A stretch of DNA of 64,000 nucleotides from Candidatus Lustribacter sp. (GCA_965277805.1 OZ255842.1:3936001-4000000); one strand, 5' to 3'. Positions 19,290 through 29,585 are shown, counted from the first letter of the stretch. The notes: generated from the letters alone by a model not told the origin. A program made the numbers and translations.

Positions 19290-21166
19290 AGCGGTGCGGT
19301 CCTTTGCGCAGCCATCGTTTTGGGAGCGATGCGCGAGATGCCGTGCTGCGTCTTCTCCCAATAGAACGGCTTCGTGAAGAGTTGCCCGAGAGCTTTGTAC
19401 GCTGCGATCGAGTGCAGCAGCCAGTACAGCGGGTTGAGCAGCGCGTACGGCATCAGCGCGTAGTTCTTCCGCAGATAGATCGCAATCATGTTGAGGTAGA
19501 TGCCGAGAAAATTCCCGATCAGAAGATTCGCCAGTGCCAAGTAGAGCACCGCATCGGGAAAGAGCGGTTCGACGACGTGCGAGCGCGTTAACAGCCAGAA
19601 GACGAAGAGCGCCCACAGGGGCGGCGATGCGAGGAACGTCAGCGGCGTGCCGCCGATGAACAAGTTGAAGGCCAGAAAATTCTTCAGCCCGATCGTGCGG
19701 ATCAGCGCGACCGGGTGGCGCCAGTAGACGAGAAACGTCTGCATGTAGCCCTTGACCCACCGCGAACGCTGGCGAATCCAGTTGCCGAGGTCGGCGTTGG
19801 CCTCCTCGAACGTCGTCGAGTTGATGAAGCCAACGCGAAATTTTTCGGCCGACGCGCGAATCCCGAGATCGGCGTCCTCGGTCGTGTTGAACGGATCCCA
19901 GCCGCCGAGCGAGCGCAGCTTCGCCACATCGAAGTGGTTGCTCGTGCCGCCCAGTGGGATCGGTAAATTCAAGCGGTCGAGCCCGGGAATGAGGTAGTCG
20001 AACCAATACGAGTATTCGAGGGTGAACATCCGCGTGAGCACGTTCTCGGTAACGTTGAAGTAGTTGAGCGCCGCTTGAAAGCACACGTAATTGGACGGGC
20101 TCTTGCGAAACGCGCAGACCGCCATCTTGAGCTGCGAGGCCTCGGGAATGTCTTCCGCATCATAGATCACGAGATACTCGCCGCGCGCGAACGTCAGGCC
20201 GTAGTTGCAGGCCTTCGGTTTGGTGCGCGGCTGCCGATTGGGCACGACGATGAAACGCCAGTTGGCCGGGGGCCGCGCGTCCTTGGCGGCCTGGAGCGTC
20301 GCGACGTCGTCTTCTTCGAGCAGCAGCATCACATCGAGCTTGTGCTGCGGGTAATCGAGATTCTTGAGCCCGGCGATGAGCTGGCCGACCACTTCAGGTT
20401 CTTTGTAGACCGGAACCAGCACGGTATACACCGGCAGATCCTCGTCGCGCAGCGCCGCGATATCACCGGCCGAAATCGGCTGCGTAATCTCGTTCTGAGC
20501 GCCGGCGATGCTCAGCGCGACCTTGAACGCAACGCTGGCGAGAAAGAAAACCTGCAGCACGCCGATGATCGCAATCAGGAGCGACCGGACGTCGAAGTAC
20601 GCCCAGGCGACGAGCGCGAAGAGGATCGCGCCCAGCACGACGATCTGCGGGATCGTCAGTACGCGCCGCGCACTCTGTTCGGGGTTGCGGTAGAAGTTGC
20701 TCATCACCGCGCCCTCGATCATCGTGTCGCGAAACGTGCGCGATGCGACGAGGGTGAGGTCGAGATCGCTGATCAGCAACTCGGCGATGGTTGCGGCGCC
20801 GAACCGGTCGCGCGCGAAGGCGTGCGCGATTTCATCCCGCGGATGTGAGGTCGCGATGACGAGAAGCTCGCCGTCGAACGAGAACGGCATGAACTCGTAG
20901 CGGATCACTTCCTCGTACGTCATCTTGCCGATCAGCTCGATGTCGACGTTCGTGCGAAGCCGTTCGATGTCGAGCACCAGCGGCAGACCGTAATGTTCGG
21001 CCAGGGTTTCGTAGAGCATGCGGCGCGTGACGACGCCCATCGAGGCGAGGACCCAGCTCAATTCGCCGCCGCTCTGCGCCTGGATCGACCGCGCCGCCAG
21101 GACCGTTTCGGGCGGCACCTGGGCAGCTTCGATCAACTGCGCCGAAAGGGCATCGATCTCGATCAC
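19286..21166 (-). CDS. Processive GT2 polysaccharide synthase with N-terminal GspE_N/MshEN-like domain
   Basis: KPKACN, YDAED (DxD), TTEDAD and QRSRW (QxxRW) with flanking TM helices; N-terminus resembles GspE/PilB N-domains. Confidence 0.9.
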   Translation of the reverse strand: MIEIDALSAQLIEAAQVPPETVLAARSIQAQSGGELSWVLASMGVVTRRMLYETLAEHYGLPLVLDIERLRTNVDIELIGKMTYEEVIRYEFMPFSFDGELLVIATSHPRDEIAHAFARDRFGAATIAELLISDLDLTLVASRTFRDTMIEGAVMSNFYRNPEQSARRVLTIPQIVVLGAILFALVAWAYFDVRSLLIAIIGVLQVFFLASVAFKVALSIAGAQNEITQPISAGDIAALRDEDLPVYTVLVPVYKEPEVVGQLIAGLKNLDYPQHKLDVMLLLEEDDVATLQAAKDARPPANWRFIVVPNRQPRTKPKACNYGLTFARGEYLVIYDAEDIPEASQLKMAVCAFRKSPSNYVCFQAALNYFNVTENVLTRMFTLEYSYWFDYLIPGLDRLNLPIPLGGTSNHFDVAKLRSLGGWDPFNTTEDADLGIRASAEKFRVGFINSTTFEEANADLGNWIRQRSRWVKGYMQTFLVYWRHPVALIRTIGLKNFLAFNLFIGGTPLTFLASPPLWALFVFWLLTRSHVVEPLFPDAVLYLALANLLIGNFLGIYLNMIAIYLRKNYALMPYALLNPLYWLLHSIAAYKALGQLFTKPFYWEKTQHGISRIAPKTMAAQRTAPL

Positions 21167-22941
21167 GTGCTGATCCTTCCCGTGAGCCTGCGCGCGCAAT
21201 ACAAGCCACCCAACACGATGCTCGCTAAGAGCACGAGCGCGACCGCGAGGCGGATGCGCGACCAAATCGCGGCTGCGGTGAGATCGCCCGGATAGCGCAT
21301 GCGCAATTTCTCACCGACATCGTACGTCGTGACGCCGCGCTCGTCGACGATGGAAACGTTCGCGACCTGCGTGGTGAGCTGTGCGGCGCTCACGCCTTCG
21401 AGCAACGCGATGCTCGCCGGCGCACCGTGATAGGTGACGGCGAGCAACGGCGTGCCTGCCGCCTCGCCGAGCTGCAACAGGCCGACGTTCGTATCGGCAA
21501 CGGCGCCGAACACGGTCGCTCCGTCGGTTGGATTGACGGCCGCAAAGACCGGTTCGGCGGCGTTCACCGCGAGATGCTCGCCCGCGAGCGCGCTCGGGGC
21601 CGCAAACACGATGGCATAGTTGTATCCGGCCGGAACGGCGGCGGAATACGGCCGGACGTCGAGCTGCGCGATCGCAGCGTTCATTTTGCCGATTTCGCCC
21701 ATGATGTGGAAGGCCGCAGGTGTGAAACCGGGGCCCACCAGCACGATGACACGTCCGCTGAGCGCCGTGATGAACGACTCGATCGAAGCCGGCCGGCGGT
21801 CGACATCGCTCCACGAAAACGATGACGAATCGAGCAGCGACGCCGTGAGCGGGGCGGCGCCCGCGCAGGCCGCGGGCGGGATCTCGGTGGCAACGAGCAC
21901 GCGCACGTTGTTCGACGGCCCGACGATCGACTGCGGGACGGCGACGTCGAATGACTGCGTCACCCCATCGCTGCTGAGGGCGCGCGCGCCGGCGAGTACG
22001 CCGTTGACGAGCACCTGCAGCGTGCCGTTCGCCCCGGGAGGCAAGGTCGAATGCGCGACGGAGACGTGGACCGCCAGATGATGCGGCACCCCGCCCGTAA
22101 TGCTGCCGGCCAGCGGAACGTCGAACGCAATGTCACCGCGACCGCCGGCCGACCCCAGATGCTGGCGCAGATCACCGAAGTTCACGCTCGCGCTGCGGCG
22201 TTCGGGTGACTCCCCTTGGGGTGAGGGCAGCGCGGCGAGCGCCTCCGGCGACAAGCGCAAGACGTCGCCGTTTCGCGAGGTGCGGCCGCCGGTCGCGAGC
22301 ACGAGCGCGCGACCCGTCCGCGGCGGCTCGGCCACGAGCGTCGCATCCACGCGGTGCCACGGCTCGAGGCGGTCGATGCGGTACGGTACCGCGGCGAGCT
22401 CCGGATCGCCGCTCCCGCTCACCGCGACGCGGCTGCGATAGTCACGGAAAAATGCTTCCGCCGTGCCGCCGTCGACCGTTCGCACGGCGAGCGCGCTATC
22501 TCGCCCGACGCGCAGAAAAAGCTTGCGTGACGACCCGCTCGCGCACGGATTGCCGGCCGCCCGCAGAGCGCCCGAAACGGTGATCGAGAAGAGTCGCGCA
22601 CCGGCAGGCGGTACGGGCAACGGAATGGTGAGACGCGCGTCGCGTCCGATCTCCCGGAGCGTTCGCGTGTAGTCCGTGACCCCGTTGACCGCGACCGAAA
22701 TCGTGCTCGACGGATCGGCGTCCTCGGAGACATGCAGTTCCAAGTGCAACGCAGCCGCCTGCAACGATGCGTAACGCGGCAGATCGAACGTGACGCTCGG
22801 CGCAACGCCGGCGACCGTCACGCCGTCGGTGTACCCGAGCGTCGTGAGCGGGATGTCCACCCCGGCGGCGGCTGCCGGAAGCGCGGCACTCGCGACGATC
22901 GCGGCGGCGGCGAGCGCGGCGAAAACGCGCACGGCGTTCAC
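21163..22941 (-). CDS. BcsB-like periplasmic co-polymerase (signal peptide, two beta-sandwich repeats, C-terminal TM anchor)
   Basis: Repeated STISVAVNG / GTLQVLVNG segments each followed by a Cys-containing loop; single C-terminal TM; coupled to the GT2 gene. Confidence 0.65.
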   Translation of the reverse strand: MNAVRVFAALAAAAIVASAALPAAAAGVDIPLTTLGYTDGVTVAGVAPSVTFDLPRYASLQAAALHLELHVSEDADPSSTISVAVNGVTDYTRTLREIGRDARLTIPLPVPPAGARLFSITVSGALRAAGNPCASGSSRKLFLRVGRDSALAVRTVDGGTAEAFFRDYRSRVAVSGSGDPELAAVPYRIDRLEPWHRVDATLVAEPPRTGRALVLATGGRTSRNGDVLRLSPEALAALPSPQGESPERRSASVNFGDLRQHLGSAGGRGDIAFDVPLAGSITGGVPHHLAVHVSVAHSTLPPGANGTLQVLVNGVLAGARALSSDGVTQSFDVAVPQSIVGPSNNVRVLVATEIPPAACAGAAPLTASLLDSSSFSWSDVDRRPASIESFITALSGRVIVLVGPGFTPAAFHIMGEIGKMNAAIAQLDVRPYSAAVPAGYNYAIVFAAPSALAGEHLAVNAAEPVFAAVNPTDGATVFGAVADTNVGLLQLGEAAGTPLLAVTYHGAPASIALLEGVSAAQLTTQVANVSIVDERGVTTYDVGEKLRMRYPGDLTAAAIWSRIRLAVALVLLASIVLGGLYCARRLTGRIST

Positions 22942-24425
22942 AGAGCACCATCGCGTTCGAACACGATGTAGTCGAGCTGCCGGAAGACTTCGTGGAAGCG
23001 CGGCAGACGGCCGAACTCCGCCCCGGCATAGAGCGCGTAGATCGTGTCGTCGGGGCGCCGCGCGATGACCACGAAACGCACGAACGCGGACGGGTTGGAG
23101 AGCGCACTTGCGTACTCGTATTGGTACGGCAGTATGAAACGCCCCGGCGAACCGAGCGTGTAGACGAGCGGGTAGAGTAGGGCATCGTCGATGAGGATTG
23201 GGCCGTCGGATCCAAGTTTGGTGGCGAGTTCACGGAACGGCACGAGGTTCGCGTCGCCCGTACTGCGCCCGATCAGCGCGTTGCCGAAACCCCGCTCGTC
23301 GGCACTCGGTGAGACGAACGGTGCGAAAAACGACGCGACGAGGCTCAGCACGAGCGTTATCGTCAGCCACCGCGTCGGCTTGATCGCGTCGAGTGAAAAC
23401 AGCAGCACCAGCACGAACAGCGCCAGCAGCGTGATCGTCTCACGATACAGGCCGCCGAAAATCGCGGCGAGCATGAAGACGACGGGGCTCAGGTACACGA
23501 CGGTCGCCGGGAGCGCATAGGCGAATCGGCCGCCGCGCAAGGTGACCACGCCGACGAAATACGGCAACGTGACGGGTATCGAAAGCAGCAGGGTTCCGGC
23601 TGCGAGGCGCAACGTTTGCAGCGGATCGCCGGCAGCCGACAAAAGTTCCGGCGTCACCGGGAACGTCCGGAAGAACGAGCCGCGGCCGTGCGCGTATGCC
23701 AGGGGATCGCCGAGGAAGACCCAGTTGACGTACGACCACGCCGCAGCGAAGAAGACCGTCGGCACGGCGAGCGTCAAGGCAACGCTGATCGCCTGCGCGC
23801 GCGACTTCCGCCAGAGCGGAATCGCCGCCGCCGGCACGATGGCGATCAAAAGCGCAGCGCTGCGAAAATCGACGAAGAAGGTCAGGCCGAGCAGCGTGCT
23901 GCCGGCAAAGAGATAGAGCGAGTAATCATCGCGCAAGAAGCGGATGATGAAGTGCACGCTTGCGGCCAGAAGCAACGCGAGAATCAGCGTGCTGAAATCC
24001 TCCACCGTGAGGTAGAGAAAAATCGGCGATGCGAGCACGTAGGCCTGGGCAGTGTAACCGAGCAGGCGATCGGAGATCGACGTACGCAGGTACGCGAGAA
24101 TTCCGGTTACCGCGATCCCGGAAATGACGGCTTGACCGACCAACGGGGTCGGAAAGAGCAATTGGAGCAAAAAGGTCAGCGGCGGATAGATGAAGCCGAC
24201 GTTGACGAGTCGCGGCGGCAGCCCATGGAGCGCGAGCGCTCCCTTTTCGGCGAAAAAGACGAGGCTGGAGCTGAGAAAGCCCGCACGCTCGAGCACCGTG
24301 ACGGCCAGGAAGTAGGCGATGGATAACAGCGCAGCCACGAGGACGAACGCCCCCAGGCGCACACCTCGCCCGGATATCTGATCGCGCACCCGTGCAGCAT
24401 AGCCGAGTCGCGAGCGAGCGTCCAT
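22938..24425 (-). CDS. Multi-TM membrane protein, GT-C/PMT-like glycosyltransferase candidate
   Basis: About 10-11 TM segments, GFIYPPLT loop motif, NWVFLGDPL, soluble C-terminal domain. Confidence 0.6.
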   Translation of the reverse strand: MDARSRLGYAARVRDQISGRGVRLGAFVLVAALLSIAYFLAVTVLERAGFLSSSLVFFAEKGALALHGLPPRLVNVGFIYPPLTFLLQLLFPTPLVGQAVISGIAVTGILAYLRTSISDRLLGYTAQAYVLASPIFLYLTVEDFSTLILALLLAASVHFIIRFLRDDYSLYLFAGSTLLGLTFFVDFRSAALLIAIVPAAAIPLWRKSRAQAISVALTLAVPTVFFAAAWSYVNWVFLGDPLAYAHGRGSFFRTFPVTPELLSAAGDPLQTLRLAAGTLLLSIPVTLPYFVGVVTLRGGRFAYALPATVVYLSPVVFMLAAIFGGLYRETITLLALFVLVLLFSLDAIKPTRWLTITLVLSLVASFFAPFVSPSADERGFGNALIGRSTGDANLVPFRELATKLGSDGPILIDDALLYPLVYTLGSPGRFILPYQYEYASALSNPSAFVRFVVIARRPDDTIYALYAGAEFGRLPRFHEVFRQLDYIVFERDGAL

Positions 24426-24517
24426 GCAAGAAGGTAAAGATCGGAGCCAAATCCCGCTTCGTGTCCGGAATCGGGGCGACAGACCGCGTGCAAACGCCTA
24501 TACTTGACCGCGTTGTG

Positions 24518-25333
24518 ATGTCTTCGATGCTTCGCCTGCCCGCGATTGCCTTGGCAGCTGCATGTCTTGGGTTCGCCCCGCAAGCGGCACGCGCCGACGA
24601 TCCGCCGACGTTCGTGTCGATCGGACCGCTCTACTACAACTCGACGACGTATATCGATAAGAGCGGCCGGGTCCAGCCATCCGGCTGCGATTTCCAAAAA
24701 ACCGGGGAAAGCATCTACGCGCAGCAGCGGCTGAGCGCGGCGGATTCGCTTCGTTTGAGCACGGAATACGACGACGTTCGCTGCGGAGGTCCGGCGACGC
24801 AGGGCCTGACCGACGTCGAAGTCGATTATTTGCACGGCGTGAGCGGAGCAACGCATGCGACGCAGTTCAGCGTCGAGGGTTCGCTGGTCATACCCGCCGG
24901 TTACTCGATCGCGGCGAATCCGCGATTGGGCTTGGGCCGTCCCGCGGCCGAACTCGGCGCGGTGTATTACGCCACGTTCAAAGCGGGTTCAAATTACGGT
25001 TACGTCACGTCGGGCATCAACGTGCGCGGATATACGGGGTACCCGGCGCCGCAATTGCTGACGAACGTCACGGTCGGCTTGAATCTTTCGAGCCGTCTGC
25101 TCGTGTATGAATCCTTCTACGGAACGACCCACCTCGGTGCCGGCGGCACACTCACCAACATCGGGCTGAATCCAACGGTGAATGCAAGTTACGATGCGTA
25201 TCAGCTTGCGGAGAACGTGGCCTTTGCGCTCACGCCGCACACCTCGTTGGCGTTGACCTACCAGTCGCTCGTCGGCGGCTGGAACACGGGCATCGGATCG
25301 ACGCTGCAAGCGGGGGTATGGCTGCGCTTCTAG
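24518..25333 (+). CDS. Putative outer-membrane beta-barrel protein
   Basis: Signal peptide (AQAARA-D), alternating amphipathic strands rich in Tyr/Gly, C-terminal GVWLRF beta-signal. Confidence 0.65.
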   Translation: MSSMLRLPAIALAAACLGFAPQAARADDPPTFVSIGPLYYNSTTYIDKSGRVQPSGCDFQKTGESIYAQQRLSAADSLRLSTEYDDVRCGGPATQGLTDVEVDYLHGVSGATHATQFSVEGSLVIPAGYSIAANPRLGLGRPAAELGAVYYATFKAGSNYGYVTSGINVRGYTGYPAPQLLTNVTVGLNLSSRLLVYESFYGTTHLGAGGTLTNIGLNPTVNASYDAYQLAENVAFALTPHTSLALTYQSLVGGWNTGIGSTLQAGVWLRF

Positions 25334-26352
25334 CACGCGCACTGCTCTGCGCGTTTGCTCTCGTGTTCGCCGGAGCGGTCGCGCGCGCAGATCCCCTCGA
25401 ACGCGCCTACACCAATGCCGTGCGCAAGATGGCGCACGGCGCCGGCGTCGCGCGCCCCGACGGCTATACGTGGGCATACGATTCGGCCCAGCTGCTGCGC
25501 TTCGCCGCCGTCGACCGCGATCTGACCCGCTACCTCGAATTGCGCGGCGCGATCGTCAAGCGCTTCGTGCTCGCCGATCCGGCCGATGCCGAGGCGCGTG
25601 ACGACGTCGCTTGGCGCGTGCGTGACGGCGCGTTTCCCGAGGCGAGCGGCACGACCGAGGCACTAGCGTTGGCCGATGCGCTCATCGTGGGCGCGAACGC
25701 TTTTAATCGCGAGGACGATCGCACGCTTGCCCGCAGCATCGCGGGCGCCTACATGCGCCACGCCACGACCGAGGGCGGGGTGTGGTTCATCCGCAACTAC
25801 TACAATTTTTCCACGCACGCGTACGCCAATAATTCGTTTCTCGTCGACTATTTGCCCGACGTTCTCGCGCGAGCGGGAGAAACCGACGGCGCGGAGCGCT
25901 CGGACGCGCTGCTCGATCGCGCGATGGGCCCGGCGGGCCTTTTCTACGAACTGGTTCAACCCGAGATCGACACCGCATTTCCCGGTGCAGGTTTGGCTTT
26001 TTTCTCACCCAACGCCGTTTCATCGATCACGAACGCGTGCAATTTGGCGCTCTATGCAACACAGGGGCGGCCGGCGCTCGCGCGACGCGTCCTCGCCTTC
26101 GGGGTCGCGCGAGCGAACGATCTCAAACGATTCTACGATGTTCGCACGGGCGTGCCGCGCAGCGGCGAGAACGCCGGAACGCCGGCCTACGCATGCCTCA
26201 CCCGGCTCGCCGTTCGCTTGGGTGATGAGCGTGCGCGCCGCAAGCTCGAACCCAATCTGCGGGCCAACGCCGCGACCCAGCTCGCCAACGGGACCGCGGG
26301 CCCGGATACGGCGACGGCGGTCGTGTTCGCGTTACGCGGCAGCGACCGCTAA
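25318..26352 (+). CDS. Secreted helical protein, putative (alpha/alpha)-barrel glycoside hydrolase/lyase
   Basis: Signal peptide (AVARA-D); VAWR...EASGTTEALA and IRNYYNF recall GH8-like architecture; overlaps the barrel gene. Confidence 0.5.
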   Translation: MAALLARALLCAFALVFAGAVARADPLERAYTNAVRKMAHGAGVARPDGYTWAYDSAQLLRFAAVDRDLTRYLELRGAIVKRFVLADPADAEARDDVAWRVRDGAFPEASGTTEALALADALIVGANAFNREDDRTLARSIAGAYMRHATTEGGVWFIRNYYNFSTHAYANNSFLVDYLPDVLARAGETDGAERSDALLDRAMGPAGLFYELVQPEIDTAFPGAGLAFFSPNAVSSITNACNLALYATQGRPALARRVLAFGVARANDLKRFYDVRTGVPRSGENAGTPAYACLTRLAVRLGDERARRKLEPNLRANAATQLANGTAGPDTATAVVFALRGSDR

Positions 26353-27272
26353 ACCAGAACGGCGCGGCCGAGCGCGGCCTGCAGCAGCCGGTCGATGAGC
26401 GCTTCGAACGAGATTCCGGCGGCTTTCGCCTCGTCCGGCAAAAGCGAGAGCGGCGTCAACCCGGGCAGCGCGTTGATCTCGAGGATGTACGGGCGGCCTT
26501 CTTTGGTCACGATGAAATCGGTGCGCGAGTAGTCGCGCAAGCCCAGCATACGATGGACGGAGAGCGCGAGCATCTGCAAGCGCGCGGTCAGATCGCCGTC
26601 GATCGGCGCAGGCACCAGATGGCGCGAACCGCCGGGCTTGTATTTCGCGTCGTAGGAATAGAACTCGTCGCTCGCGATGATCTCGACCAGCGGCAGCGCT
26701 TCTTCACCCAGCACGCCGCTCGAAAACTCGCGGCCCGGTATGAATTCTTCGACCACGATCTGGGTCGTGCGCGGCGCGACGCCGATCATCGCTTTGGTCC
26801 ACTCTTCGTGCGTGCGCACGATCGACACGCCGGCGCTCGAACCGCTGGCGCGCGGCTTAACGACGAGCGGCAAATTCAGCGAACCCGGCAACAGCGGCAA
26901 CGTGCCGCCGGCAAGATCGAACGTGTCCCAGGCGGGCGTCGGCAGGCCTTCGGCGGCCAGCAATTTTTTGGTGAGGTGCTTGTCCATCGCGAGCGCGCAG
27001 CTGGTGAGATCGCTGCCCGTGTACGGAATGCCGAGCCACTCGAGCACGCCTTGAATCGTGCCGTCTTCGCCGCCCGTTCCGTGCAGCGCGTTGAACACGA
27101 CGTCGGGACGGATGTCGCGCAGCGCATCGACGAAGCGGCCGTCGAAATCGAGCGACTGCGCTTCGTGACCGAGCGTGGCCAGCGCCCGCATCACGGCTTG
27201 TCCGCTTTCGATCGAAACCTCGCGCTCGGCGCTGGGGCCACCCATGACGACCGCGACCCGTACGTTAGACAT
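26349..27272 (-). CDS. ddl: D-alanine--D-alanine ligase
   Basis: GGPSAEREVS, LHGTGGEDG, FYSYDAKY, EINALPG. Confidence 0.96.
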   Translation of the reverse strand: MSNVRVAVVMGGPSAEREVSIESGQAVMRALATLGHEAQSLDFDGRFVDALRDIRPDVVFNALHGTGGEDGTIQGVLEWLGIPYTGSDLTSCALAMDKHLTKKLLAAEGLPTPAWDTFDLAGGTLPLLPGSLNLPLVVKPRASGSSAGVSIVRTHEEWTKAMIGVAPRTTQIVVEEFIPGREFSSGVLGEEALPLVEIIASDEFYSYDAKYKPGGSRHLVPAPIDGDLTARLQMLALSVHRMLGLRDYSRTDFIVTKEGRPYILEINALPGLTPLSLLPDEAKAAGISFEALIDRLLQAALGRAVLV

Positions 27273-28206
27273 CCGCTACGAACTCCCCGACGAGGTGAAC
27301 TTCGAGGTGGAGGTCGATGCCGAACTCCGCATCGACCGCGCGATGAACGCGGGCGAGCAGCGAGCTGACATCGAGGGCCTTCGCGCCGCCGACGTTGATG
27401 ATGAAGTTAGCGTGAAGCTGGGAGACTTCCGCCCCGCCCGACCGCCAGCCCTTGGCGCCCACGGCTTCGATGAGGCGCCCGGCCCGGTCACCGGGCGGAT
27501 TGCGAAAGCACGAACCGGCGTTGGGCACGGCCACCGGCTGCGTGGCCTTGCGCCGCACGAGCCGGTCCTGGGTGCGGGCCCGCACGGCGGCCGGGTCAGC
27601 GCATGGAAAGGCCAGCGTCACTTCGGACACGATCGCCTCGCGCGCCAGCGTGGTCTGGCGATACGAAAATCCCACCCACTGCGGCGCCGGCTGCGGGTGG
27701 GTTGGGGTCTGGATCCGCACCTCGCGCACGAACTCGCCGATCTCGCGGTCGGTGCCGGCGTTCATGCGCACGGCACCACCCACGCTGGCCGGGATTCCCG
27801 CCAGACCGTCGACGCCGTCCGCGCCGAGCGAGGCGGCTTGCGCCACGAGCTGCGGCAGCGACGCGCTCGCGCCGGCGCGCGCCACGACCATGCCGTCTTC
27901 AACGCGCACGTCGAGCGCATCGTACTCGCCGCCCAGCTGCACGACGAGACCGCGCATGCCGCCGTCGCCGACGAGCAGATTCGAGCCCGCACCCAAGACG
28001 AAGCACGGCAGCTTGTGGCGGAAACACCACTGCAGCACGAACGCGACGTCATCGGTCGTGTTCGCCGCGATCGTGGCGTCGGCCGGTCCGCCGATCTTCC
28101 ACCACGTCGCCGGCGCCAGCGGGGCATCGAAGCGCACGCGCTCGTCGAACCGCTCCGTCAACGCCGCGCGGTCGTCATCGGCGAGCAGCGTGGCGCTAGC
28201 GTTCAT
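27265..28206 (-). CDS. murB: UDP-N-acetylmuramate dehydrogenase
   Basis: KIGGPAD, GAGSNLL, GIPASVGGAVRMNAG, NAGSCFRNP, HANFIIN. Confidence 0.96.
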   Translation of the reverse strand: MNASATLLADDDRAALTERFDERVRFDAPLAPATWWKIGGPADATIAANTTDDVAFVLQWCFRHKLPCFVLGAGSNLLVGDGGMRGLVVQLGGEYDALDVRVEDGMVVARAGASASLPQLVAQAASLGADGVDGLAGIPASVGGAVRMNAGTDREIGEFVREVRIQTPTHPQPAPQWVGFSYRQTTLAREAIVSEVTLAFPCADPAAVRARTQDRLVRRKATQPVAVPNAGSCFRNPPGDRAGRLIEAVGAKGWRSGGAEVSQLHANFIINVGGAKALDVSSLLARVHRAVDAEFGIDLHLEVHLVGEFVADV

Positions 28207-29585
28207 CGCGCGACGGCCGGCGCTTCCAGCAACGCGCCCAGCTTGTGCGCGACGCCCGAGATCGAACCGGCGCCCAGCATCAGCACGACGGCTTCGCCCG
28301 CGATCGCGCGCGGCACCGCTTCGAGCAAACCGTCAACGCTCGCAACATAGGTAACGGGCGTACCCCGCGCGGCCAGCGGTTCGCCGATCGAACGTTCGCT
28401 GACGCCCTCGATCGGCTCTTCTGATGCGGCGTAGATCGGCGCCAGCAGCACCGCATCCGCATTCGCGAGCGCGTTGGCGAAATCACCGGCGAGGTAGCGC
28501 GTGCGCGAGTAGCGATGCGGCTGAAACGCAACGATGACGGGCTTGCCGGTAAAACCGCGCGCGGCGGCGATCGTCTGCGCGATCGCGGTCGGATGGTGCG
28601 CGTAGTCGTCGACGATCGTCACGCCGCGGTGGTCGCCGACAATTTCGAAGCGCCGGCGGACGCCGCGATAAGCCGCGAGCGCGGCCGCGATCGTCGGCAC
28701 GTCGATCTTGAGCGTGCGCGCGACCGCGATCGCGGCGAGCGCGTTCTGCACGTTGATCTCGCCCGGCACGTGCAGCGCGATCGTGCCGAGCGCGGTGCCG
28801 CGTTCGACCAGCGTGAACTGCGAGCCCAGTCCCTCGTAGACGATGTCGCGGGCCACGAGATCGGCATCGACGCGCGTCGCAAACGTGAACTTCGGCGCGG
28901 TGGCGCTTTTCGCGATGAACGCGCTGCCGCGATTGTCGAGGCCGATGATCGCGCAGCCGTCGGGCGGTACGCGCTGCACGAAGGTCGTGAACTGCGCCAG
29001 CAGTCCCGGCAACTCATCGTCGCTCGAGATGTGATCGTTCTCGACGTTGGTCACGACCGCGATCGTCGGCTGCAAATGTAAAAACGAACCGTCGCTCTCG
29101 TCGCTCTCGGTGACGAACCACACGCCGGAACCTGCGGCCGCATTCGTTCCGGTATCCACGCGCAGGCCGCCGATCGCGTAGGTCGGATCGACGCCGGCAT
29201 GTTCGAGGATCGTCGCGGTCATCGCGGTCGTCGTCGTCTTGCCGTTCGTGCCGGCGATCGCGATCGTCTTGCGCGAGCCGATCAGATCCGCCAGCATCGC
29301 GCCGCGTGTTTTGATGTCGATGCCGCGTTCGATCGCCGCGACGAATTCAGGGTTGTCGTGCGCGATCGCGCTCGAAACGATCACGAGATCCGGATTGCCG
29401 ACGTTCTCGCCGCGATGACCGATCGCGACCGTTGCGCCTTCGGACTCGAGCGCTTGCACGAGGTCCGAGCGATAGACGTCGGAGCCCGTGACCCGCGCGC
29501 CGCGCGCCAGCAGCAACCGCGCAATCGCACTCATGCCGATCCCGCCGATGCCGACGAGATGATATGACGCCGCTCCGTTATTCAC
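28203..29585 (-). CDS. murC: UDP-N-acetylmuramate--L-alanine ligase
   Basis: GIGGIGMS, AGTNGKTTT, ESDESDGSF, DDYAHHP, FQPHRYSR. Confidence 0.97.
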   Translation of the reverse strand: MNNGAASYHLVGIGGIGMSAIARLLLARGARVTGSDVYRSDLVQALESEGATVAIGHRGENVGNPDLVIVSSAIAHDNPEFVAAIERGIDIKTRGAMLADLIGSRKTIAIAGTNGKTTTTAMTATILEHAGVDPTYAIGGLRVDTGTNAAAGSGVWFVTESDESDGSFLHLQPTIAVVTNVENDHISSDDELPGLLAQFTTFVQRVPPDGCAIIGLDNRGSAFIAKSATAPKFTFATRVDADLVARDIVYEGLGSQFTLVERGTALGTIALHVPGEINVQNALAAIAVARTLKIDVPTIAAALAAYRGVRRRFEIVGDHRGVTIVDDYAHHPTAIAQTIAAARGFTGKPVIVAFQPHRYSRTRYLAGDFANALANADAVLLAPIYAASEEPIEGVSERSIGEPLAARGTPVTYVASVDGLLEAVPRAIAGEAVVLMLGAGSISGVAHKLGALLEAPAVAR

